A stretch of 64,000 bases of DNA. Origin: a virus. The stretch lies in IMG/VR virus record IMGVR_UViG_3300008262_000025, positions 1 through 64,000 of that record; one strand, written 5' to 3'. Of this stretch, positions 15,401 through 24,400 are shown in pieces (the first letter of the stretch is position 1; every line of letters begins with the position of its first letter). The notes below the pieces were generated by a model. It was not told the origin of the DNA and did no database searches. It worked only from the letters and a program-made list of their open reading frames with translations. The position numbers were made by a program, and so were the translations under genes.

Positions 15401-18379
15401 TAAAGACTCAGAAGTTAACTTACCAAACTTTTGAGGTTGATCTTCTACAAAGTTTTTAAATCCTTTTATATCTTGTTCGGAACCTAATATATGAATTTGT
15501 TCTGGTTCAAATACTACAATTTGATTTTCCCCTACATCATAAGTTCTATTATTAGATTGCTTACCTCCTTTTAATAATAAACCATCTGCGTTTTCTTTTA
15601 AACTTGTAGAATTTTCATAGTTATCAAACCAATCTTTTACTGTTAGATTTTTTGGATTTTTTATATTAATAACTGCATGTTGAACTACGCCTTTGTTATT
15701 TTCAATATTCTTTTTTATTTTTTCTGCTTCTCTTTCAATTTGTTCGTCAGAAGCACCCATATCTTTATAATAAGCTATTTCTTTTTTTATCTGCTCTATT
15801 GAAGGATTTAAACCGTGTTTTTTTATAACATTTCTTATATTACCATCATCAAATTCATCTTCTGTATATTTAACGGTATAGATATTAGCAGCATTTTTAT
15901 CATCTGTAAAAAATATACCTAACTCTTTACTTTTTTGATTAGTTTGAATACCTGTATTACCTCTATAAACAATACCTTTAACTTTACTATCAGGAAATAT
16001 AGTATCAAGATATTGAGAGTATTGTTGTTGAGCTTCTTGTTTATTACTATCAAATGATGATTTTTTAGTATCAAAATTTTCTAAATTATTTAAAGTGTCA
16101 TTGATAACATCTTCAAGTAAAGTATTCTTTGCTTCAATTCCTATAAGATTTCTTATTAAATTTAAAATGTCATCCCATAATGTTTTACCTTTAGATTTAT
16201 CAGATGGAATATCTTTTAAAATATCTCTAAATAAAGGTTCTGTAAAAACAGCAGCTAAAAATTCATCATTATCAGAAGTTTCATAACTCCAATCAAAAGA
16301 ATATATTTTATTATTAAATTCTTTAGATTTTTCTATTTTTTTAATAACTTTTTCTCTATAAGAATTAATTAAATTATAAAAATTTTTATCTCCAAATTCA
16401 CTTTTTGCTAATGTATTTCTTGTTAAAGCATGAATTGATTCATGTAATAAAGTTCTTGTTTTTTCATTAAAATTTTGATTAGGAGAAACAATTATTCTAT
16501 TAAAATATTCATTATACGTACCAATAACACCTGATTTTATTTCTTTATAATATACTTTAGTTGGATAATTTTTTAATTTATTTTTAATTAAATTAGCAAG
16601 TTCTTTATATTTATAATAAAATTCACTTGATTCATTTTTTTCTAATTCTTCATTAGACATTTGTAAAATTTTATCAAGCTCATCATTTAATAATGTATAT
16701 TTATCATCTTTTGTAATTTTAATATCTTCTTCAATATTTAAAATTTTATACACAGTATTAGCTAACTCAAGATTAGATTCAAATAGTTCTGGTACACCTT
16801 CTTTTATTTGAGTTAATTTACCTTTCTTAATATCTTCTTCATTAAAAGGTATAAATCTATTATAATCCCAAATATCTTTAAATCTACTATATCTTAATTT
16901 AGCTTCAAATGGAGCTTCAAATTTAGATAAACTAACATTATATTTATTACCATCACTACCAACAAAAGGATATTTTATAATACCTCTTTCAGATTCATCA
17001 TTACTAAAGAAGTCAACTAACATTGCTTCTTCACCTTCTTTATCTTCGTCTTCATTTATAGTTTTACCAGTATCAGATATATCAAATTTTAATTTATAAC
17101 TACCTTTTTTTTCATTAGTTTCATTATCAACAACAGTATAACCTATAATCTTACCTGTTTCTCTTCTTTCAATATTAGTAATTCTAAATCCTGCAGGTGG
17201 AATTAAATAAGTATCTACTTGATATTTATCAAAAAATGAATATGCTTTTATAGAATCAGGATAATAATATTTAACTAAATCATCTATTTCTGCTTGTGAA
17301 TAACCACCATTAACAAAATCTAAATCATGAACAACAGTTTCTATTTTTCTATATACTGTACCTTGTGTAGAGTATGCTATTGATCCTGTTAATGTAATGT
17401 TAGGTATAGTACCTATCTTAGTCATTATATCTTTAGCAATAGAATTTTCATCAAATGCTGTTTGAAAATCTACTTGTTTATATCCATCTTTTTTAGTTAA
17501 TCTAATAAAGTCATTACCTTTAAATGTATTTTCTACTATAGTATTTATTTGAGTTTTAATCTTACTATAGTCTGCACCTTTTAAAGAGTTAATAAGATTA
17601 TTAATAAACTCTTTAATTCTATCAAGTAAAGACTTTGATACATTTAATTCTTCAGCTAATTTCTCTGAAAAACCACTTTCTAATAATTCTTTAAATATTT
17701 CTTTTGTAGCAAGTCTATTTAAATTTCTTTTAGTAGAATCTCCATATTCTTCTTCTAGTTCTTTTACTCTTTTTTTAAATCTATCCGTTTTTCTTACTTC
17801 TCTTTCTATATCATAGAAGTAATCAGAATAACTTAACATTTCTGATAATGGTTCTGCCATTGCTTTAGATACTTGTTCTACACTTGATGTATCTAAACTT
17901 ATACTTTTAGCTGCAAGATTTATTATTAAATTTTCAGATTCGTTTACTTCAAATCCAAACGATTGTAAAAAGTTTAATAACTTAGCTTGAGGTTCATTTT
18001 CATCTAAAGTTAATTTACCAAACTTTTTATTATTATCAATTGACCTTTTAATTTTATCATCATTAATAAAACTATCTAATGCAGTTTTAAATGGTTTAAC
18101 ACTATTAGCATCTTGTAGATACATTAACTTAGGTTCAAAATTGTTATCTACAAAAGGAGATACTTTAGAATAAGATGCTCGTGCAGCATTATATTCAAAT
18201 GAATCTTTAGTATAAAGTTTTAATTCTTTAGATGCACTTTCCCAGTTTCCAAATTCATTTGAAAATTCAGGAGTTCTTACTTTATACCATATTTCTTTTG
18301 CTTTTCGTTCTCCATATAAAGATTTAAGTTCTTCATATAAATTACTTGTTTGCCCGTTAGGAGCATAAAAACATGCCAT
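6434..18379 (-). CDS. Giant (3981 aa) crAss-like ejection/polyvalent protein: NTase, zincin, ART-like, PD-(D/E)XK nuclease and C-terminal TM region
   Basis: N-terminal APNG..S.L...VRT..F..FGNWE leader; GS + HDLDFV NTase motif; HESIH zincin; VYRG/GIFFT/INIKNP/QIVVFEPEQI ART-like motifs; GTEVH..AGQID..DFKT..QL..Y nuclease; hydrophobic LGIYLLLGLLVAVLAIG followed by an acidic run near the C-terminus; adjacent to the vRNAP gene. Confidence 0.85.
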   Translation of the reverse strand: MACFYAPNGQTSNLYEELKSLYGERKAKEIWYKVRTPEFSNEFGNWESASKELKLYTKDSFEYNAARASYSKVSPFVDNNFEPKLMYLQDANSVKPFKTALDSFINDDKIKRSIDNNKKFGKLTLDENEPQAKLLNFLQSFGFEVNESENLIINLAAKSISLDTSSVEQVSKAMAEPLSEMLSYSDYFYDIEREVRKTDRFKKRVKELEEEYGDSTKRNLNRLATKEIFKELLESGFSEKLAEELNVSKSLLDRIKEFINNLINSLKGADYSKIKTQINTIVENTFKGNDFIRLTKKDGYKQVDFQTAFDENSIAKDIMTKIGTIPNITLTGSIAYSTQGTVYRKIETVVHDLDFVNGGYSQAEIDDLVKYYYPDSIKAYSFFDKYQVDTYLIPPAGFRITNIERRETGKIIGYTVVDNETNEKKGSYKLKFDISDTGKTINEDEDKEGEEAMLVDFFSNDESERGIIKYPFVGSDGNKYNVSLSKFEAPFEAKLRYSRFKDIWDYNRFIPFNEEDIKKGKLTQIKEGVPELFESNLELANTVYKILNIEEDIKITKDDKYTLLNDELDKILQMSNEELEKNESSEFYYKYKELANLIKNKLKNYPTKVYYKEIKSGVIGTYNEYFNRIIVSPNQNFNEKTRTLLHESIHALTRNTLAKSEFGDKNFYNLINSYREKVIKKIEKSKEFNNKIYSFDWSYETSDNDEFLAAVFTEPLFRDILKDIPSDKSKGKTLWDDILNLIRNLIGIEAKNTLLEDVINDTLNNLENFDTKKSSFDSNKQEAQQQYSQYLDTIFPDSKVKGIVYRGNTGIQTNQKSKELGIFFTDDKNAANIYTVKYTEDEFDDGNIRNVIKKHGLNPSIEQIKKEIAYYKDMGASDEQIEREAEKIKKNIENNKGVVQHAVINIKNPKNLTVKDWFDNYENSTSLKENADGLLLKGGKQSNNRTYDVGENQIVVFEPEQIHILGSEQDIKGFKNFVEDQPQKFGKLTSESLNTPEVAYSLKATDILLSDKANEVFKKGEKNNWTLDKILTELQIPKEQKKLILDLEFNNYVDELSLQENIAMELVNRYTYTVEVNTSSTASPIKSGNVTFKLNDYMYIHNISFNKGFYKISFEDWQNNTGKLIPINSQEFTNARNIFEENNEQQITKDYSNLTAPGGIDYKINTFRTPSINNVISQDGEYHDNEFNRSRGDMIGWFRNDDKDSNKQVRRILELQSFFQKVKDKEIIVTNNKINSNGKFVIDLNDYKETVKIDDPLFDESLALEYITYVKDRPFEHNHGVLYEDDTNYYQQPDWDDDFLVIIPKDTLYNYKKDSQNNFLQLLNKNNNWVTFFLKSILQDSAKKGYKKVLFPTGETIIVIEQFKEIFYKMNEFNKVEKFLIDLKVTDFIKDVSGQAQYIGNDQEGYVDYQRVLESFYPNDAIENDETFDKARQQDLYRLKKDKSHYDNTEKQIQGTINFYENTVTNILKKQGYNPVVITDEHGNTWNEVEITPERDLSTIKFGKLTPNEFDNGISGLVDQSLYYLNDFENISIEELNTHIDKEINNDKITLKEAEENIKIIKDTYNDGYDKIQILEQAYDYISNVERTIENLEDSKVLLTNLQNYDEDPEVINNLFDLLKTGILEFANNGIVNNLNLVKAILAEDVKKGKLTQTESVEDLTKRVNESNLPEVTKTDLKELLKTEDNFSIQKVRDFIDDEEDELPRESLVFKDEVSGNTEPFFIATNKVKKVDKVNPVEISKAKAAGYDVVMSDTETHVLNPDVVKIPLINKPIKLNNSPIEFALNVMNDISSKSKVQFKKDYNLNKEWSLNNGILSYNPSMITGDTKVVPLITLASGLLRNNNMLGTMMENYGNKDIIDNYKFIKSKTKLDSIDYENIAFEHLNQIQNVKNKNLLLFLDPIVSQALANADKRSLDILSTATDFNNENVIKFGKVTKEAGEMEKKVLNRASKVKFDSSPDGKTIHAELTQRKHDYIKENGLNFDHSITGIVRQHNLLDFDDENLIKYIIQSNKRSKDWFDSLTELAKKDFITAVLNNRFNFYREENETDNFTFQDAFGNLVQEEPFDKELFYKLTKVLYNSEVRREVGTEVHSLIEKILKKDPIDVNNDIKKLEKDINNLETKIGKDNLLPRFNDRPKVKKQDAIVLSEDQKKLDRLYASLDFYNKIVSMKNQIEERGGRILTEVLVHTDKMLDINDGSRQVSVAGQIDMLVIYEDDESVDPEYRGKVEIYDFKTMHYEPKPAAPYYEIVRDFTFGLNSKKQAGYSLQLMLYQRILEEELGFEVKDLFLIPITVPEVGLNSYENDKGEIVNEVYIDGHFEISEVNDYKINEQPSGKITIEASLDENGKIKKTYSINIKTFYNTPFGNQGALVYNKAKRIAFERMRSKYNPKFGDEKVKKEKEDFANVDLLLDNKQQRINKLIDDIKIYLEKRLTDINRSIDKDPKKQDKQKTEINKLKTDISDLDKIRSLNTFIHASYLELYGTENMLGLNDKFELVINSYNQGDIGSSEAIRDIEDIRRIAENYNILDEIMNALLEGTSDKDLNEIKKMDSFKELETAIEIKKKLLDVRYQYEMERLLGNNLEMYLNENLNKSVDDFIKGKQIQYEQKIKDLEKKIKENPSNDKFKTQLKYYKDRYKKNMERFKDTLVRDAGTLVRDFKQLNRDIGFIERFLTAPISTSSGILSSYAMMLKFHLTEAEWNMKDIALEIQQAAKKLSSAVFDQSAFNFLPNQGDNPQKFYDPILETVKEWVRDPVTGKLILAETVNLVSEYGRKKFTYVNDDGKTVEDEMTYTNIIKHYQYRMRKLKEAGKFDEFRKVDKEYKAWVNKNMERPNIDDYYKMDDLFTKDEIGIEAKKRRDEIISMMDNIKDRVKHRSIELSDDDLAALRELDIEYKLLGSIYDKDGIKKEGDDLKIAIRIQEFNTEYNKRHRFVVNYERFEDERRRAKLKFETEPDKYLLWLEENTEVKIDDSLFDKVKYLRKLKKVLKYAKNNDDYDLMDEIKLLSDEVINFKTFTNKIDSWFEEYELNNTKNDEYEINEEINDLLKPYRLGGTHVDTKVIPNDVIARLKELEEELNELFLLNKVTREQRQEDPSWNLFFQIKNGIDEAIDQIVEYVPNSEYYKRYELEQAKAESNGILFEESEWYINNHVEYTKEGEIIYSPIRAWMTTVPTYKTNKISERYKIDRKNELEKIKQIYPNYNDKALNAELEKTEWFLKNHKEDKEIKKESGYLLIDETLTEGVKLLPNYLYKSPEIKEEYIRTDLDKVTDQLGYMLPKKHLWVNSKYEQLDPKWKEFYNVIMKKYKEAQAEMPAAYRLGNRLPYIYKSGREELIEGKFKQRVGSWWQTKFGNKATREIENDNIMRHLSTSGEDIDLDEDQLIEGTATYSTSLENRSLPFRHVYHIDIENVSRDVVSSILSYIQQAERFKAKSEILPQMRAILNLINKRDKSTEGGAIERDAQGNKMIDAVAKKLGIEKFVRKEGETYEGALLRSFTEMQFFDDQNNEINYNIPVVGPVRVDKLLDGLMTAASYAQIGGITSTGWIKGFANYLQANTQIFLEGWAADHYNLKDWGYAKKLVYYGSNKIGSLTMDMVKDFGKISRETLSGQLFDMYDALQGTFQDEYGNDLTASKLNLALRSSTWFINNNIGEIEAAATSMYALLNSYKVINGEVYSIEDYMQKKTNDKGSELTYDEKKKAKVEFNKIKDTLLTSMELDADGKVIAKGIKDIDGVPFLRSKKNMQIRAKLHGINKDLQGNYATFDKTHIQRNVFGRLLMMYRKFLVPMARRRWGKLYRNEEVGVIRQGYYITFFSYLFTDWKKLSTMFMNSFRGTKQDTGLQPFEEANVRRATMELGIYLLLGLLVAVLAIGDDEDDEDVSAFRALALYELTRLRKEIGSLAPVPSFFGDNWKLFKSPTAFNGTVDRAYSFLSQVADPFAVYEKEQGIFKKGDSKLYAKGLKLFGNITSATNLDEMTKNLNRTF

Positions 18380-18419
18380 ATTTTTTCTTTTAATAGTTAG
18401 ATAAATTTTTTGATAGGCG

Positions 18420-18448
18420 AAAAAGGGAACTCCGAAGAATTCCCTTTT
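18420..18448 (-). terminator. Intrinsic terminator after the RNAP gene
   Basis: The minus strand reads gggaattc-TTCG-gagttccc-ttttt (UUCG tetraloop hairpin plus U tract). Confidence 0.85.
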
Positions 18449-18459
18449 ACCTTTTTATA

Positions 18460-21400
18460 TTATTTGCAATCTTTATTCACTTGACCATCTGTTTCTAAGT
18501 CTTTTTCAAAGTTACTTAAGGAATATTCAGTGTAATTTACTACATTAGTTGCAGTTAAATTGTTAAATCTTTCATATAGTTCTTTTAAAATAACACCTTC
18601 ACCAGATATATTATACTCATTGTTAGCTCTAACTAAATTATTCATAAGTAATGTTCCATTTGCATTAAGTATTTCAATAGCTTTATTAATAATCTTCTTC
18701 TTAACATCCTCTGACATTGTATTGTTAGCTGGTACAGCAACAAATATTTGTGATGAAGAATCAGCAATTATATTATCATTAGTAGCTATACCTTGATTAG
18801 AAGCACTTCTTAGATAATCATTAACTTTAGATTTTATAGATTTAACATCAGTATACCCAATAAATCCATTAGCATTTAAAGCTTTATTTTTATTATATCC
18901 AAACTCATCATTTATAACAAATCCAAATTTATTATCTGTAATTGTTTGATTTGTATCTCTTGCATATTGATCTATATTAGGAATGTATTCAAAATCGACA
19001 TCATATTTATCTTTTATTGAATCCATATTTAACATCATATAACTAATATCCCATCCTTGTTTTTTACTCCAATTTCTAGCATATTCAGATTTTTGCAGAT
19101 CTTTTATTTTTAAATTATTTGGATCGTATTTTAAACCTAGTTTAGCATAATCTTCAGATAGTAATTCATTAACACTCTTATCAGAAATATTAGTAATTTT
19201 AACATAAATAGGAGCTCTACCTTTACTTGTTATTTTTACAATTTCACCAACTGACATATCAGATATATCTGCAAATTTTCTTGATGTTTGAGTTCTTAAA
19301 AATGAAATAATAGCATCGTAAGTAGTTTTAATATTCTGACTTACTAAATCATCTCTCATAGGACTCATACTTAAACCATTTCTATCTGGTTCTATATGTT
19401 TCATATTATGAGGTAAGGTTTTTGTAATTCTTGTTTTCTTAACTATATTTTGTAAATCAGATTCAGTTTTATCACTTAAAACAGTACGAGATCTAATATA
19501 CATATCTGATTCTGCTTTAATCTTATCAGCATTTTGTAAAATATATGTATAAAGTTTTTTTCCATCTTCACTCTTAGTTAATAATGAAGGTAGAACATCA
19601 ATTGTACCTTTTGATAATATATCATCTGGTTTTACAAGATAACCTAATTTTCTTAAATCATTTGTAATTTTAGTTACAGTAAAATAAACAGATAAATTTT
19701 GAGATAGGCCTACAGATTGTAGTTCATTAGTTAATGCAGATTTAATATAACTGGTATAATCAGAGTTATCATTTTTTGATTTAATTATCATAACTTTATT
19801 ATATACATTAGGTATATTATTAACTATAAAGAAATTCTTAAGATCTTGAATTTGTTCATCCATATTACCTTTAGTATCTATAACAAATAAACCTTTTTGT
19901 GCATTAGTAACTTTATCAGCAACTTCTTCTACATTATTATTAACAACTATATTAATAGAAGCTTGTGTTTCAGAACTTCCATTATCAAATACTACAACAA
20001 TATTAGGAGATTTTTCCATATATAGTTTTGCAACTTTTGGTATAAAACCTTCAGTATTTACTTCATCTACTATTTGTAAACCATGTAATTTTAAATTAGA
20101 TAAATTATCACTAAATACAGTAATTACTTCTTTAACACCATAATTAGGTCTGTTTCTATTTTCTAATACTTTTGAAACTTCTTTTTCATAGTAAGGTTGT
20201 ATCTGATATATCTGAGTAGATTTACCTTTAAATGGTAAGTATTCGTCAGATGTTCTATCATAACCTAACCAATTATTCATATCATTATTATATTCAGAAA
20301 TAAAAGGTGATAATTCACTTTTAATATTTTTCTTATCTAAACCTAATTGTGAAACTATATCATATGGAGTTGTTACACCTTTACTTGTAACTTTATATAC
20401 AACATTATTAATTGTAATTAAAGCTGTCTCACCTATCTTTAGATCAAGTTTAGATAACACATCTTTATTAGTTACTGGTTTAATAAGAACATTTTCATTT
20501 TTTAAATGATTCTTATCTGAGTCAGATAACAAATTAACTGATAATGTACTATCATTAATTAACTTATATCTTTCGTTTCCAAACATACGTTTAGATAATA
20601 ACTTTTCTTCAGACTTACTAAATGAATTAGTAGTATCTCCATCCTTCTTAAAATCTTCAACAACTTTTAAAAGAGAACCCCCAGGAAGCTGAGGATTCTC
20701 TGTCATTTCTAAATTATAAGCAAATGAATCTTTAGATTCAGCAAATACTTCTCCAATTTCTGTTAAACTGTCAAGTTGTATATCTGCTTTTACTCCATCT
20801 TTATTTAGTAATTGAGACAAAGGTGCAATTACTTTTTTCTGCATTTCAACAAGACGTAACATTAAATGTTTATATTCTTGTGGTGTATATAAATAATTAT
20901 AAATAGAAGTATGAATATTATCTACTTTTACATAGACAGCTTTTCTACCTTTATATTTATATTTATTTTTTTCTTCTAATTCATCTAAAGTAACTTTATC
21001 TTTAACATCAGAAGGCATACCATCAAAAGATACTAATACAAATGTTTCATATTCAATCTTTCTTTTTTCATATGCTATCTGTTCTTCTTCAGTCATATTA
21101 TCAAAATCAGGTCTAGGTGGTTGTTTTTCCATTACAAAGAATAAAGGAAACTCTAACCCTATAACAAGTCCATTTTTATCATATACACCATTAAATGGAG
21201 TATTTTTAACTATTGGATTTATTACACTTGTAAGTTCTGATTTAACTTTTTTTGCAACTTCAGTGTTACTGATATTTTTTTCTTTACTTAATATATTATT
21301 AAATTCATTTTTATTAGAATACCCAATGAGTTTTCTAATACTTTTTTGCTCTTGTGAATCAAGAAATTTTTCAAATATTTCGTAAAGATTTTTATTATCT

Positions 21401-24400
21401 ATTTGATCTAATAACCCACTTTTATATATAGTTGTTAGTAATGGCATTTCATTATCTTCACTTTCGTATAAAGCTATTCTAGCTTTACTATAGTCAAATA
21501 AATGAGAAACATCAACTGATATATTATCATGGTCAAAACCGGCATATATTTCTTCTTCACTAGAAGTAAAAATATCTATTTCGCTATCAAGTTCTATTTT
21601 AATATTAGTTGATATATTAGATAATTGTGCATCTGTTACACTTTTAAGTAAACTTCTATTTTCAATATCTCTAGCAAATAAACTAATAAAAGAATTTTCT
21701 ATTTCTTTTTTACTCATTCCTACAAGATCTTGAAGTCCTTCAATCTCATCAGTAGATTCCCAAACATTATTACGTAAAGCAGTATTAACTTTTTCAAGAA
21801 TATCAGAATAATCTTGATAAATTTCTGCTGGTAAATATTTAATGAATGATGAATTTTTAAACTGCATACCATCTTTAACTATAGTATAATAGAATAAATT
21901 ATCAGCAAACTGTCTAATTTTACCATCAGTACTAGACATAAGTTCACGGAAACCGTTAACAATACGTTTTCTAAGATCAGGATCAATCTTCTTACGAGTA
22001 TCTGCAGTAATTAAATCTAAGTTTATAGATATACCATACGGGTTATTACTAAAAAGATTAATATCATCAGAAGCTATTTTATTAACTTCAGATCTAATAG
22101 TTTTAATAAATATATTATTTTTAATTGCATCAGATACATTAGGATCAGAATCATTTAATAAATCTTCTAATTGTTGTGACAAAGTTTTACTTAACATTTC
22201 ATTAGGTAGATTAGGATCTACTAAATTAGTATAAAGTAATTCAGGACCAAATGGAACTCTTTCACCTCGTCTTACAAATGAATTTCTATAAGCATTTAAA
22301 GTTAAGAATGATGATAAATCTTTCTTAATTTGCTTAAGACTATTAGCTCTATCTTTAATACCTAATCGTAAATTTTCAACTATTTTGTTGAATACTCCAT
22401 CAAAGAAATCAGTTTGACTGATAACAAATTCTTTACTTATTTCATTTATCTTTAAAAAATGAATAAGCATTTGTTTCATATCTTGATTTTCTTCTAATAC
22501 ATCTTGAATATCATATATAGCATTTGAAGATTTAGATAACTTTGTATAGTAAGAAGAACCTTTTAATAAAGCTTCTGTATCTATTTGGAAAGTATCAATC
22601 ATATCCCACAAGTTTTGTAACTCATAGAATGATGATGGTAAACCTTGATTCAAACGTAATAAAGCATTAATTGAAGAAAACGTTTTAGACTGTTTTTGTA
22701 ATTTATCAAAAGCTTTAATAACATGACTTTGAGTAACTATAGCAGAATATAATTCTTTTAGTTCATTTAAGTTTTTAATACTTTTAGCTTTATCAATAAA
22801 ACCAGTCGTTGTTTCATTTAAATAATCTATACCTGAATCTTTAAAAGTTTTAATTGAATTAAATAACTCTAAAGAATTTAAAGATATATCATCTAAATCT
22901 TCATTTTTTAATGATTGAGTTTGAAGTTTAACAAAATCTGTAAATGACATTTTGCTATTATTATAATTAACAGTATCAAGACTTTTATCATTTTTAATAG
23001 CATTTAATATTTCATTTTCAAGAGCTGCTCGAATTTCTTCATACTTCTTCTGAATAGTTTTAATTTCATTTAAATTTTCTGCATTTCTTATATCATCACT
23101 AGACATAACTGCAGAAGTTTTAGATGAATTCAACTTATTAAATTCATATAAAGCAGGTTGATTAGCTAATAACATTGATCTGTTTGTACCAATACCTAAT
23201 GACATTAAATATGTATATGTACCTAATGTATTAAGACTAAGGTTTAATTTAAACGCATCACCATGTTTAGCATTATCTGTCATTGCTGCTAATAATAAAG
23301 ATATCTCGGCCATTATCCTTTTATCTTTAAATATTTTAGGTTTACCCTCTGCATCAACTTCAAGATTAATTTGATACTCACCTTCGTCAGTAAGAACAAT
23401 ATTAAAACCTATATCTTCAGATTCATAAGAACTTAAATTATCATAAGTTTTACCATCAAAAATAATTGCAGATTTAGTCATATTTGTTTTTGAGCGAGCT
23501 AGTACAGCTTTAACAATGTTAGTAATAGCAACAGGACCAATAAGTTGAGCACCAAGTTTATTAGCTTCCTTTGCTTGCATTTTACCTTCAGCACTATTGT
23601 ATAAAAAGTCATCAATATTTCTTCCTGTTAGTAGTAACATAGTTTTAGATAATCCAATATTTGTACTATTTTCTTTTCCATCACCATGAAACGGTTCTAA
23701 ATCAGTAGATTCATATCTAACTTTATCCATTCCAGAATTTAAATATAGTAAACTTACCATATCTACAATTTCATTATTTATAGCAGAGTTATTTAATCTC
23801 TTATAGTGAGGATGATTTAAAAACTCTTCTAGTGAAGAAGGTAATTTATTCATCCTCATTGCTATTAATAATGCTTGTAAATTATAAGTTGATACTAATT
23901 TTTTCTGTTCACTAAGTAGTTTAAAAAGTTCAGCAATACGTTGATTTTTAGGTTTTACTTCTTCTATTAATTCATTACGAGCATCTCTTACAGACTGCAA
24001 TTGATTCCATTTCTGATTTTTATTTCTAGAAATGTTAACTGCACTATCGTATCCTCGTCCTTCTATAACAGAATTTCTAAATTCTCTTATTGTATTTTTT
24101 GCTTCTCTATAAATTTTTGTTTTTAATTTATAATGTTCTTTACTATTAGTTAATTTAACGTTAACACCTTTATTATTAATTGCATTCTTAATTTTTTCAC
24201 TTAAGATTAAATTAATTTCAGATGTTACTTTTTCTAACTCTTTAACAACTGGATACTTTTCTTTAAGTTTAGCAGCTTTATCTTTAATTTGACTTAATTG
24301 ATAAAGAGCTTGTTCAGCAATTTTTTCTCCTTTTTCTGTTAAGTTTAACATATCAACATATGATTCTAAACCTTGTCTGGTAGTATCATTAATTTTATCA

